Assembly (NCBI GenBank): GCA_951406725.2
Contig: OX597822.1
Location: forward strand, 22,134,001 to 22,198,000
Direction: 5' to 3'
DNA length: 64,000 nucleotides
Origin: Octopus vulgaris
Taxonomy: Eukaryota
In this document: one piece after another, positions 13,053 to 27,462 of the stretch
Position numbering within the stretch: the stretch's first letter is position 1
Layout of the letters: each line of letters opens with the position of its first letter
Program-made: the position numbers and the translations under genes
The notes under the pieces: model-generated
The model's input: only the letters and a program-made list of their open reading frames with translations
What the model was told of the DNA's origin: nothing
Database searches by the model: none

Positions 13053-13357
13053 ATGATCACAAGACCGACCAGGCTATCAAATGTTGCTACACATCGGTGG
13101 TTACAATGCGGTGCGCATTGTTTTAGCCTTCAAATGACGCCACCCTGCTGGCTAAGCGAGCAGGCCAACAGAAGAAAGAGTGAGAGAAAGTTGTGGCGAA
13201 AGAGTACAGCAGGGATCGCCACCACCCCCTGCCGGATTCGCGTGGAGCTTTAGGTGTTTTCGCTCAATAAACACTCACAACGCCCGGTCTGGTAATTGAA
13301 ACTGCGATCCTACGACCGCGAGTCCGCTGCCCTAACCACGGGCCATTGCGCCTCCAA
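13050..13357 (-). mobile_element. CpG-rich tRNA-derived SINE, third family
   Basis: Minus head GGAGGCGCAATGGCCCGTGGTTAGGG (A box) ... GTTTCAATTACC (B-box-like), then GTGTTTATTGAGCGAAAACACCT; an older, possibly related head lies at 32360-32605. Confidence 0.7.
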
Positions 13358-13372
13358 ATATAACAAAAAAAA

Positions 13373-14090
<718 letters not shown>

Positions 14091-14091
14091 A

Positions 14092-14461
14092 TCTCTCTAT
14101 ATATAAACGGCAGTTTGTCTGTGCGTGTTTCTGTGTGTCTGTTTTCTTGTACCCTCACCCTGACCACGGCTTTCAACCGATTCTGATGAAACTTGACACA
14201 CACATAGCCCAATGTCATAATTTAAAACTAACACAGCGAAAATTTTGAAAAGTTCCCCCAGTTCTGAAAAAAATCGATAAATTCGACATGGGGTCGAGAA
14301 TCAGAAACACAAACCGCAAACTGTCTAGGGGACGCAACTCCACCTTTTTTAACTAAAAAAAAAATTTACCATCATTTTGCTATTTTTTGGCTATAACTCT
14401 CTAAAAATGCTTTATAGTTATTTCCCTTACAAACCTGAGCAACGCCGGGCGATACTGCTAG
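14092..14461 (+). mobile_element. Non-autonomous Helitron
   Basis: 5' A|TCTCTCTATATATAAA; 3' GC-rich hairpin CCTGAGCAACGCCGGG followed by CTAG|T; inserted at an AT dinucleotide without TSD. Confidence 0.75.
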
Positions 14462-14561
14462 TATATATATATATGTATATATATATAATATATATATATA
14501 ATATATATATGTATATATATATATATATATACATATATATAATATATATGTATATATGTAT

Positions 14562-15083
<522 letters not shown>

Positions 15084-15279
15084 AGTATGTGTTTATATTT
15101 GCAAGCCATGATGACTTGTGAATTCACTTCTGTCAACAATATCCCTGAAATCATAACCCACATTTAACACAAAAAGAATATTATATTGTAGTTATAAATA
15201 CTGATTATGCAAAGCTGTCTCACTGGTAAACTGCAAAATTAGGAATATAGTATGCTGCATGAGGTTTTTGGAGAGGCCA

Positions 15280-17870
15280 TGTAAGGATAGCACTTCAGCT
15301 TGTAAAGGGCTGTTGTATAGTGAAACTGTACATGCCTCCTGGTAAAAAGTGGTTGTAGACAGCCATTATGAACAGACCAGTAGCTGGTGAACAAAAGAAG
15401 GTCAGAAGATCAGGAAAGGTTGAGAGTATGTGTAGATAGTGTTGGTAGTCATATCTGTGCTGAAATAGTAATTATACTGAGATACTGAGTAGATGTTATA
15501 ATGATCCAACTTTTTAAGGATACTAACACTGTATGACTGGGAATGCCAGATAGAACAATTCTATCAATGTCTTCGGAATATAACAATATTTGTCTGAGCG
15601 ACAACCATTGTCAAAAGACATATACAACAGTGGCAAAAGACCGCTTTACAGCAGTGACAATGAGGAAAAACAAATTTATGCGGAGTGGAAAACAACCTTC
15701 ACATGGAGAGTTTAAACTAATTCACGTGGAAAATTAAATACCTCAACAAAAATGAAACAAAAATACTGTTGTGCAAACTTACAAAAATCATAAAATATGG
15801 AAGACTTGTTAGCTGGGATAGTTGAGTTGCAAAAACAACAACAACTCAAGGAACAACGAGAACAACAAGGATTGCAGCAGCAAATGTTACAACTAATGAA
15901 GTTGATAACCAAATCGGAGAATACATTTTCACCTGACCATGTAGCAAATGCCATAAGTGAATTCAAATATGACCCTGAAGAAGATGTAACCTTTGAGGCT
16001 TTCTTTCAAAAATTTCAACAAATCTTTAGGAAAGAATGTCAGAATTGGACCAACAATATGAAAACGTGCCTAGTGTTATGAAAACTAATGACAGCAGAGC
16101 ATGAGAAGTATAATTAACTTCATATTGCCAAAAAAAGTATCCGACATAAATTTCACCAACACAGTTGACATTTTTGTACAAAATGTTTAGTGAAATGACC
16201 TCACTGTTTTATAGTAGATGGAAATGTTTAAACACAGAAAAGAGTGAAGATGAAGACTTCTCTACTTACACAGGCAGAGTCAACAAAGAATGTGAGAGAT
16301 TTAGGCTAGACATACTTACTCCAGATTCTTTCAAGCATTTAATTTTTGCACAAGGATTGACAAATAAAAGGGATGCAGAAATCTGAATGAAAATTCTATC
16401 AAAACTGGGAATGGACCAAGATTTGACATTGTAGAAACTGTTGGAAGGATATTAAAATTAAGGTATGACACGGAAGAAATTCAACGGAAAGAGTGTTTCC
16501 AATAAGACCAGTGCAAGACAAAGTATTGCAGGAAAAACAGAAAAAATATTGGAATGTAGATCCGTGTATGGCAAGTGTTGGGATGCACCTGAAAAAAGAT
16601 TGCCCATATAAAAAAACAAAGTGTTTTCACTGTGGGTTTACAAGGTACATAAACTTGCACTGCAAAAGTAGAATGATAGAAAATTGAACAAACAAGAAAA
16701 AAATAAATAGTTTGTCAGCAGGAAAAGTTGTGACTACAAACAGAAAATTTGTGAATGTGAGAATTGAAAACACTAGTGTCAGAATGCAATTAGACATGGG
16801 AAGTGATATCACAATCATAAATAAGAAAACATGAGAACAAATGGGTAAAGCAAAATTATGTAGTTCAAAGAAAATAGTGTATGGTGTTACAGGAAGAAAA
16901 TTACATTTCATGGGCAAATGCATTTGTAATATATTGTTCAAAGGTCGAACCGAAAAAGTGAATATTTATGTATTGAAAAGATCCAGGAATTTATTTGGCA
17001 CTGAATGTATGGAGAAATTTAACTTATGGGATACACCCACAAGCCCTTTGCCCAATAAGCATAAACAGAGTAGTAAAACAATTGAATGATGTTGATGAAC
17101 TGAAACCAAAAATGTGATGTGGAACTTTGTGCATGAACTACAACTTTGGAAGAAATAAAAATAAATGCATGAAATGACAAATTTATTAATGAGACAAAAA
17201 GAAAACTGTGGTTAACAAAGAAAGGTCTGATGCAAAGAACTGCCAAGATGTGAACATGTACTCTATATGTGATGGTGTACTAATATATGCTCAGAGGGTG
17301 ATCATACCACAAACATTACAGAAGAGAATGCTAAAAGAGTTTCATGTGAAACACCCAGGCAGCTCTGGAATGAAAGTGCTGACACGAAATTTCATATATA
17401 CTGGCTAAGCATGGACAAGGAGGTTGGAAACCTGGTAAAAGGCTGCATAGGATGTGTGCTGGCAGTGACACTACCTACTACAAAATGTGAACTTTGGCCG
17501 AAAGTGAAAATACCATGGTCATGATTGCATATCGATTTTGCAGGCCTGGTGAATGGATATTATTACTTAATAGTTGTGGACAGCTACACAAAATGGCCTG
17601 AGGTTGCGAGGTGTAAATGACCAACATCATATATGGTAATAAACTTCTTATATGAGCTGTTTGCAAGATTTGATGTACCGGATATAATTGTTTCACTGTT
17701 TGTATCCTGTGAATTTAAAAGATCCTGTGAGATGTTCACATTAGAACATAAAACTATAGCACCACATTGCCCTAGATCAAATGGAAGGGCTGAACATTTT
17801 GTGGACACTTTTAAGGGAGCTTTAAAAAAGCTAATAAAGAAGCCATGGTTGAGGTCGTGATTCAACAATA
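15280..17870 (+). mobile_element. Decayed Gypsy LTR retrotransposon lacking RT/RNase H
   Basis: Putative LTR TG...ACAACA (~15280-15629) followed by a TGG PBS-like site; gag (FKYDPEEDVTFEAF, CFHC knuckle); protease MQLDMGSDITII; then directly integrase H..HPG..C..C and LHIDFAG..VDSYTKWPE, PRSNGRAE. Confidence 0.85.
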
Positions 17871-17875
17871 CCCAT

Positions 17876-18690
17876 TTGTCATTTCCTCAGTGAGACCCAG
17901 TGTCTGAAGAGCCTTTCACACCACTTAGTTCCATGTCTTCCAGGGTCTATCCCTTACACACACTCCCTTCACAATTAAAGCTTGGCTCCTCTTTACACAG
18001 CTGTCCTTATCCATATGCATCACTTGATTAAACCTGCTCGATCTTTTCTCTTGCACACAACATCTGATACTTCTTATACTCAGTTTTCCTCTTAAACCAC
18101 TTACACTTTGTTGTATATGCACATTGACATTACCCACCCAGTGGAGCATGCTAGATTCATTTCTTTCAAGCCTTCACAAGTCCTCTGTAGCCATAGCTCA
18201 TGTTTCACTGCCATGTATGTCCACAGGCATCATACGTTCTGCCTTTCACTCTGAGGGAGAGGCCCTTAGTTACCAACAAAAGTAGAAGCTCTCTGAACTT
18301 TGCCCATCCTGTTCTTATTCTAGCAACTGCATTTTCAGAACTTCCTCCTTCACTGCTAACCTGGGCACCTAAGTCACAGTAGCTATCTACTACTTCTAAG
18401 GATTCCCCGAGCATTTGAGTCTGTTGTCTGTGCATTTTTAGTGCTTATTGTACCCACATATTTGCCACACACAAAGACTGTTTTCTTTGTTAACTTTCCT
18501 GTGATACAGCTACACTTTTTATGTATCAAAAGCTTGCACTGCATACAATATGTGAAGTTTCTACCTGTACCCTTCTTATATCTCACGAGCAGAGTCACCT
18601 TCTTTCTGGGACTTGCGATTTCTCTGTTTTCCTACTTGCTAGGACATTGATTTTTGCTAAATTAACCATTACACCCTTAGATTCCAGCCT
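17876..18690 (-). mobile_element. RTE LINE 3' coding fragment, abutting the Gypsy integrase
   Basis: EVVDSYCDLG, AKFRELLLLLVTKGLSLRVKGR, CMQC..HKKC; homologous to 60600-61460. Confidence 0.88.
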
Positions 18691-19439
18691 TGATACCACA
18701 CCTGAAATTTCTTCTGACAAACATTACATCAGTAAACTTACTGCTCTTGTGCTATTTGTGGCCTATCATGTTTAATTTTATTCCTTATGTATGTGTTTCA
18801 GGATTCTTTCAATTATATGTAGTATACTCCTTTCACATTATTATTGATGATAGTTTAAAACATTTTTCTTTGCTGCTTTATCTACTCTAATTTGTTCTTG
18901 TTGGCTATACATGGAGAAATGTGTTCAATGGATAAAATCCTGTGCATATTTTAAAATTTGCATACCTGTTACATGTAGGATACATGGATACATTTCTCAT
19001 TATCCTTATTAGATCTCCTTATAGATTGTTTACCTTAATTTTCTCTTACATAGCAGAATGCTCATGAATCAGTTTCTTAATGGTCATAGGTTTCATTTAA
19101 TGCAAACTGGTGGAACTGTATTTTACTACTTACAGCTTCTAATCATAGTCCAGTATCTAGTACAGGTAGTATTCCATTGTGTGTATCTAGATGAGCTCTC
19201 AATGATTGCCTTTATATACTGGAGGATGGAATTTACTGTGTTGGATGTTATTCACAGCCTTCTCATCCAGCTCTCAGATAACGTTTTATGAAGCTGTTTT
19301 AACTTCAAGGCTTATATTAACTCTATAGCAAAAGTTCTTTACTATAATTATAGATGTTTAAAAGAACTCTAAGCTTCAAGAGCTCCCACTTCCAGATCGG
19401 TTTGTGTTTTTAAGACCTTCAAGCTCTAATTCTGAGGTC

Positions 19440-19920
19440 ACAACTAACCCATATTGGAACTACATTGTTCACCATGAAAGGACTTTGCATTCACATGTAT
19501 CTACCCATCCTATTTTCTGGTGAGACGCTAGTCAGTCTGGCTTAGTCAGTCATAAGTAATTGAGTGGATGATGGGTTTTCTGAGGTTTCTATTGCTATTC
19601 AACAAGTCATTAGCATTGCAGTACTCCAACAGATTTGTTCTTGCTTCATTTCTAGAACTAAAGCTATAACCTCCATGTACAACAAGAGATCCAGTCGAGT
19701 ACTGTCCAACATGTCCATTGAAATCATCAGCCACAACGATAAAATCTTTGTTGTCTGTCACTAAGGTAATCTGCAGAAGGGACTTACAGAATTGATCCTT
19801 CAGTTCATCTGTCAGTCCAACGTGTGGGGCATAAACAGAGATTATACTGTTGTATAATCAAATACAAATCTTAGATTAACAATCCTATCACACACACTCT
19901 GACTAACTTGATCATTTTAT
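19440..19920 (-). mobile_element. APE endonuclease fragment of an RTE-like LINE
   Basis: VADDFNGHVG, HGGYSFSSRNE..LLEYCNANDL, preceded by a SVYAP-like motif. Confidence 0.75.
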
Positions 19921-20414
19921 CTATATATACATATGAATATTAAAATTATGACTGCTGGTTTTGACTACTATTTTCAGCATGGTGGTATCTCTTAGATACC
20001 CTAAATTATAATTTTAATAATAATTATTACCTTTGAAGGTTTTTATTCCCATGCTGGCCACTTGATAAGATCAATATTTAAATTAACGATCTTATCCTTA
20101 TTTATATACACATGAATATGTATAAAACTATATATATATATGTCACGATGTAAATCTATGACACTCTTCTGTTGCACTTAACTTTTGCAGTTTCTTCTAA
20201 CATACTTTTTAAAATAAACACTTAAAAAATATTGAAAAGTTCTCACATTTTCAGTGCAAAGTATATTGAAGTATGTAAATGTCTGTAATTAGAGTTAAAC
20301 AGTTTTCTGTAATTTAAGTATATTTCATTATCATTTTTAATGCATTTATGCATCATAAACATTTATCAACATTATTGATTGCAGACGTTTAAATGTACAT
20401 ATATAACTACCTTT

Positions 20415-21972
20415 ATCATCATCATCTTCATTACTTAACATCTGTTTTCCATACTGGCATGGGTTGGATGGTTTGACTGAAAACTGGTAAGCTGGGACGC
20501 TACACCAGGTTCCGATCTGATTTGGCAAGGTTTTTACAGTTGGATGCCCTTCCTAATGCCAACCACTCTGAGAATGTAGTGGGTATTTTTTATGTGCCAC
20601 TGGCACGGGTGCCATTGATCTGACACCGGCATCAGCTACAACTATAGTTTCACTTGGCTTGACAGGTCAACACAAGCATGCTATATTGCCAAAGGTTTCA
20701 GTCATCTGTCACTGACTCCATGAGGCCCAATGCTCAAATGATGCTTTTTGCATGTCACCGGCATGGGTGCCAGTCAGACAGCACTGCCATCAACCATGCC
20801 TATGATTTCACTTGGCAGGTCTTCACAAGCACAGCATATCACCCAACTTGGTATACAAAACAATAATTATTAAAAGTTATGCCTCATGCACGTACCAGCA
20901 TGTCCAAAATCACCCAACATTTGAAGGGTGCTTTTAATGAGCCAATTACTTCACACTGGCATTGACCATGACTATAATCTCACTTGACTTACCAGATCTT
21001 CTCAAGCACAGCATATCACCAAAGGTCTCGGTCACTTGTCATTGCTTTTGTGTGGCCCAACATTCAAAGATCATGCTTCCCTACTTTGTCCCATGTCTTC
21101 CTGGGTTTACCTCTTCCACAGGTTCTCTCCACTATTAGAGTGTGACACTCCTTCACACAGCTATCTTCATCCATATGCATCACATGACCATACCAACACA
21201 GTCGTCTCTCTTGCACACCACATCTGATGCCTCTTATGCCCAACTTTTCTCTTAAGATGTTTACACAGTTGTGCATGAACACTGACATTGCACATTCAGT
21301 GACGCATACAAGCTTCCTTTCTCACAAACTTACACATGTCCTTGGTGGTTACAGCCCATGTTTCACTGCCATGTAACATGGCTGTTTGCGCACAAGCATC
21401 ATACAGTCTACCTTTCACTCTGAGTGAGAGGCCTTTTGTTACCAGCAGAGGTAGTTCTCTGAACTTTACACAGCCTATTCTTATTCTAGTTGCTACACTC
21501 TCGGACCATCCACCCCAGCTACTGACTTGGTCACCTAGGTAACGGAAGCTATCCACTACTTCTAACATTTTCCCCTGACATTTGGTGGAATTTGTTTTCT
21601 GTACATTTTTAGTACCTTCCACACATGGAAACCATTTTCCCTGTTAACCTTCCTCTGATATTGCTGCATCTCTTATGTGTCCATAGCTTACACAAGGTAC
21701 ATCTTATGGAGTTTCTGCTTACATCTTTTCTACAGATCAAGCAGGACCATCTAACTGAAGGGATTTTTATTTTGTCTGCTTTCCTACTTACTAAGACTTT
21801 GATTTTTGCTAGGTTAACCCTAAGGCCCTTTAATTCTAGACCTTGTTTCCACACCTGAAACGTTTTCTTTAGTTCTGGTAGTGACTCAGCTATTAGAACA
21901 AGGTCATCAGCACAGAGAAGCTCCCAGTGGCAGCCTGTCTTGAATTCCTCTGTTATTGTCTGGAGGACTATA
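20415..21972 (-). mobile_element. RTE LINE fragment of the same family (RT end, PHD-like finger, 3' UTR)
   Basis: VLQTITEEFKTGCHWELLCADDL, WSCLICRK..CTLC..HKRC, MLHGSETW; frameshifted; GAT-type tail. Confidence 0.9.
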
Positions 21973-22192
21973 AGGTACATATATATATATGTATGTATGT
22001 ATGTGCATTCATACATGCACGCATCTATATATGAATGTATTGGTTATATATCTATTATATTGCAAATCTACAATGGCTTCCAAAACTCCAGTCTCAGCTA
22101 TGACCTTGGAGCCCTTGTAATCCATTACAGCACTTACCTAGTGTAACTAATCATTGAGATCACCTGTGAACTAAACCCCCATATTTTGTGTG

Positions 22193-22227
<35 letters not shown>

Positions 22228-22394
22228 CATCGACCCCAGTGTGTCACTGGTACTTATCTAATTGACCCCGAATAGATGGAAAGCAAAGTTAACCTCAGCA
22301 GAATTTGAACTCAGAACATAGCAACAGGCAAAATACCACTGAGTATTTCACCCAGCATGCTAATGATTCTGCTAGCTTACTGCTTTTATGTATA

Positions 22395-23030
22395 TATGCC
22401 AGTGCTGCCTGACTTGCTCCCATGCCGGGGGGGGGGGCACATAAAAAGCACTATTCGAATATGGTCAATGCCATTGCTGGCTGACTGGTCCCGTGCTAGT
22501 GGCACATAAAAAGCACCATTTTGAGCATGGTCATTGCCAGTGCTGCCTGCTTGGCTCCTGAGCTGGTAGCACGTAAAAAGCACCAATCAAGTGTGGTCGA
22601 TGCCAGTACTGCCTGACTGGCCCTTATGCTGGTGGCACATAAAATGTACTGACTACACTCTTGGTGTTAGGAAGGGCATCCAGCTGTAGAAACTTTGCCA
22701 GATCAGACTGGAGCCTGGTGCAGGCTACTGGCTTGCCAGCCTCAGTCAAACCGTCCAACCCATGCCAGCATGAAAAGCAGACGTTAAACGACAACGATGA
22801 TGATGATGATGATGATTATATACCATCATCATCATCATCTTTCAATATCTCTTCACCTATGCAGGCATGAGTTGGATAGTTTGACAGGAGCTGGTCAGCT
22901 GAAGAGTTGCCTATGCTCCAGTTGTCTGTTTTAGCATGGCTTCTATGGCTAGATGCCCTTCCTAATGCCAACCACTTTACAGAGTGTGCTGGCTGCTTTT
23001 ATGTGGCATTGGCATGACTGTTTTATGACA
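22395..23030. mobile_element. Two tail-to-tail RTE 3' UTR repeats
   Basis: Plus copy ending (GAT)n at ~22815; minus copy starting (CAT)n at ~22825. Confidence 0.75.
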
Positions 23031-23156
23031 CACTGATATGGTCACTTTTACATGGCACTGACATGGCCACCTTTGCATAAAAACCAGCAGTGGTACTTTT
23101 ATGTGACACTGACATGTGCGCTTTTATGTATACATGCACACACACACACGCACATA

Positions 23157-23203
<47 letters not shown>

Positions 23204-23208
<5 letters not shown>

Positions 23209-23512
23209 AGAGAACAAGATGTACGTTACGCCGCAGTAATGTATGTATAAAAAATATATATAAAAATACAAATTGGGACAAGAACGCAAAACACTCAAAT
23301 AGACGACACAAAAAACGGACAGGTCATTCAGTTTTTCCTTAGGGCTGGCAGGATCGGAGCAATCTCAAGATTAATCAGCCGAAATTGCGAGGATGATCCG
23401 GTTCTTGACTGAAGATTAGAGGCTTTGAATGACCCGTCCGTTTTTTGTGTTGTCTATTTGAGTGTTTTGTGTTCTTGTCCCAATTTGTATTTTTATATAT
23501 ATTTTTTATACA
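23204..23512. mobile_element. Fold-back element with ~87-bp inverted arms enclosing permuted hammerhead copy 2
   Basis: 23243-23329 is the reverse complement of 23426-23512 with few mismatches; (TA)n on both sides; extra ~40-bp tail on the left. Confidence 0.75.
23343..23415 (+). ncRNA. Predicted non-circularly permuted hammerhead ribozyme with kink-turn, copy 2
   Basis: GGCUG/CAGCC; GCAAU-C/GAA-AUUGC (AUC site); UCAAGA/UCUUGA-CUGAAGA; k-turn GAG-GAU/G-GA; GGAUC/GAUCC. Compensatory indels and substitutions relative to copy 1. Confidence 0.72.
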
Positions 23513-25076
23513 TATATATATATATATATGAACATAATGCTTCCTAGTAGGCTATTCCTGTTTCATTTACTTCAAAATTTATGTGAGGCAAATCATGATT
23601 ATGCACATGTGTGTGTTTATGGTAAGTTACACTTTTGATATGAAGAGTCGTTATTTATTATTGGGGTGATCTGTCATATGACAGGTAAATAGGAAGTGAA
23701 TTTCATGAACAGGATAAAAATGTGATATGAATTAAGTGAGTATTAGTACTATTGAAAGATAAAGAGTAGTAGCTGGAGTCTATACAAAGTGAATGAGGAA
23801 CAAGATAATAATCGCCTCAAATGAAATAGAAAGAGTACTTAACTGCCAATGTAATTGAATTAAGGTAGAATCTTGAGTTCAAGAAAAGGTGAGGGAAAAG
23901 AATGTAAATGAAATGAATAAGTGCAGGCAGAAGAAGTTCATCATGATTCAGCTTAAAATATGGAACTGCTAAATTGAGAATGACTGTAAAATTTAATAAA
24001 TTTATCATGTGCATATAAAACTGAGAATCAATAAGATGATGTACATATTCATTCTTAAAACATTTTGTTGTTGAATTTTGCCTTCAAACAAACTTTTTCG
24101 TTTCAGACAATGTGTGTTGACAATGTACATGATTCGTTGACACAAGAGGACTTTGAGACACCAGTGTTTCAACCTGGTTGTGTCACTTCAGTCAAAGATA
24201 CCCATAGATCAATAAATTTAAACAAGAAAGGTGGTTCTTGTTTTGTTTTTTGTTTTTTCTTTTTTTTTTTTGCAAATGCTAAACTGATAATAAATAATTT
24301 TGTACTCATAAAACAGCAAGAATCAAAATTATGTACATATTCAGTCTTAATATATTCTGGCAAATTGGAAAGTGAATATGTTAATTTGTGTTGTATTTTG
24401 CACTCAGAGAAAATCTTCTCATTTCAGATGCTGTGTCTTCACAGTACACTGAATTCATTGACATAAAAGGACCTGGAGACACCAGTTCATTGACTTGACT
24501 GTGTTTCTTCAGTCAAAGCTATTCAATACTATAATAGAAATTCAAGATATTTTAATTTTACTTTGGTTGAATCAGTTTCTTGTTAGTCTGAGCTTTTAGC
24601 TGTGTGTTCACAGGAACATAAATTCATACTTCCCCTCAACTTTTGCCTCCCGGTTGATAGAGATGGTGGTCTCTGTTTACAATCCACCATGAAAGTATGT
24701 CCAGGCTCCTTGACATGGGGAAGGGAATCCAGCTACAGAAAGCTTTAGTCGAAAGTTTTATCTGATCCACACAAGCATGGAAAAATAGACATAAATATCA
24801 TGATGATAATGATGATTACATATATATGAAAATGTACATGAATATGTGAGTGTGCGTATGTATACACTACTTGAATACCTATATACATAATATATATATC
24901 TTTGGGTATGTGTGTATGTATATACAACTTGAATACATATATGTATAATATATATATATATGTATAGGTGTGCATGTATGTATATATAAAGAATTCTAAT
25001 TTTGGACATGCTGGTATGTGCATGAAGCATAAATTTTGATAATTCTTGTTTTGTACACCAAGTATCTATCTATCTA

Positions 25077-25158
<82 letters not shown>

Positions 25159-25349
25159 TATATAAATGAGAGAAAATGGAATAAATGAAATACTCTATTA
25201 ATTAAATTCACTATAATTATTTCAGCACATTTTTACACTGATGTATATCCAGTAATTGTGGCATTTCCACTGTATGATGACATTAGGTAGCCAATAACTG
25301 TAGACTAGCATTGTAAAGTACTCTACAAGGTTTTTACCAGAATCTTATT

Positions 25350-25386
<37 letters not shown>

Positions 25387-25482
25387 ATAAAATGGTAAGA
25401 TAACAAAAGAAAGAAAGAGACCTCAATATTATGTAAATAGAGGAAATTTATCTATACAATATGTTACATTACTCGGTAGTCA

Positions 25483-25545
25483 AGATAAAACTCTGAGTTT
25501 CAGATGCCGAAGTGGAAATCCACAACACCATCTCTTCGGTTATCT
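25483..25545 (-). ncRNA. Hammerhead-like motif, mirror copy in the 3' pLTR (sense to the PLE ORF)
   Basis: Reverse complement of 27463-27525. Confidence 0.65.
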
Positions 25546-25741
25546 GGCTATTTGAAAACGTTATGAAAAAATACCGTTAAAAATGAAGGGAAATTACTCT
25601 GTTATAACTCTGCTTTGCCTGCGTACTTATACATCGCTCGCATTTTTCGTCATAAAAATTATATAAAAATACATAAAAAAATATATAAAAATATATAAAA
25701 ATATATAAAATCTTCTTGGGACATAACACAGAAAGCATGTT

Positions 25742-26975
25742 CTATCCGTTTTCTTTAGGGGACCAAAAACGTAACAGAAATTTAGTCACATGTGGGCATG
25801 ATCCGAAAAGTTCTGTCCTTGTATTTAGACATGTGGTAGGGTCTAAGCTGCTTTTCCAGATAAGCCATCTCTCCATGTCGCATAAACCGCACCTTCCGCT
25901 GCCGTTAGTATAGGGCTTACATCTGGCCAAAATCTTCCATTGTATGTTATAATCGACACCTTTATCTCTTAAAGACCAAATATGATTGGATAATTGTGTC
26001 GCTTTTCTTTTGTTCCAGTGCCTAAAGCTCAAAGTGTGGTTATTGAACCTGGCCTTGAAATTACCCTCTGTCAGGCCCACGTATTTCTTCGTCAAAACGG
26101 TGTCTTTAGTGGTTATAGAGTTTACGGTAGCCTCATATATGATGGTCTTGGACATGCAAGCTCCATTTAGCGGGCACAATTCTTTATTCCTGCATGAACA
26201 GCTGTTTTCTTCTTGTGTTTTTTGTATGTTATGATTGATTATGTTTTTAAAATTGGTAGTTGAACTAAAACTAATTTTTAAATTGTGTCTATTGAAGAGT
26301 TTCCTATAAGCATGGTTAACTGGAAAATGTCTATCTATCAGTGCTAGGAAATATTTACCTATATTGAAGGCCACCTCGGGTGAGTAAGGGGCGTAAACCA
26401 GATGACCTTCCTATTTCTATTATTCCTTTTCCTTATTGTTGGGCTGGTGATAGGTGTATATTTTATTTTTTCGCTAAAACCACTATCTTTTAAAGCTTTA
26501 TTATAAACTGGGGCAACGCTATTGAAGATGTCCTCATTAGATGAGAGGCTAGAAATCCTCTTACTAATATTTTTAACTAAATTTTTGAATACTATAGGGG
26601 GATGGCATGAACCTACATTAATATAACTTAGTCTATCATTGGGCTTCCTATAAGGCTTATAAATATTATTATTAAGATCTAAGGAAACGTCTAAGAAATT
26701 GACAACCGTCAGGTTAGTGTCTATAGTTATACTAAGTCCGAAGTGTTTCATTAACTGGATAATATCCTTCCTAAAACGATCTTGTGCTGGTCCATTTGTA
26801 TTAGCTGTTAAGGCGAGGGCATCATCTTTGTAGATGGCGAAATGTACGTTAGGGAATGTCTTACTGAAGGTATCTAGGAGAAAGAGTCCAATTAGATCAC
26901 AGATGCCTGCCCCATCATATGAACCCATGCTCACATCGAAAGCGCCCTCCGTGTCGGTGTTTTTTACCCACTTTG
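25742..26975 (-). pseudogene. PLE reverse transcriptase / GIY-YIG ORF, truncated and frameshifted
   Basis: ORFs 26359-26934 and 25742-26374 join by a frameshift near the WFTPP motif (~26390); the N-terminal RT half is missing. Confidence 0.88.
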
Positions 26976-27462
26976 CAGAGCTTTAGGCACTGGAACAAAA
27001 GAAAAGCGACACAATTATCCAATCATATTTGGTCTTTAAGAGATAAAGGTGTCGATTATAACATACAATGGAAGATTTTGGCCAGATGTAAGCCCTATAC
27101 TAACGGCAGCGGAAGGTGCGGTTTATGCGACATGGAGAGATGGCTTATCTGGAAAAGCAGCTTAGACCCTACCACATGTCTAAATACAAGGACAGAACTT
27201 TTCGGATCATGCCCACATGTGACTAAATTTCTGTTACGTTTTTGGTCCCCTAAAGAAAACGGATAGAACATGCTTTCTGTGTTATGTCCCAAGAAGATTT
27301 TATATATTTTTATATATTTTTATATATTTTTTTATGTATTTTTATATAATTTTTATGACGAAAAATGCGAGCGATGTATAAGTACGCAGGCAAAGCAGAG
27401 TTATAACAGAGTAATTTCCCTTCATTTTTAACGGTATTTTTTCATAACGTTTTCAAATAGCC

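Noticed and set aside
13280-13357. tRNA gene
   Set aside because: A/B-box-like head without a complete cloverleaf, continuing into a SINE body.
14180-14196. CTGATGAAAC hammerhead-like string in the Helitron
   Set aside because: No stem II and no stem I/III pairing.
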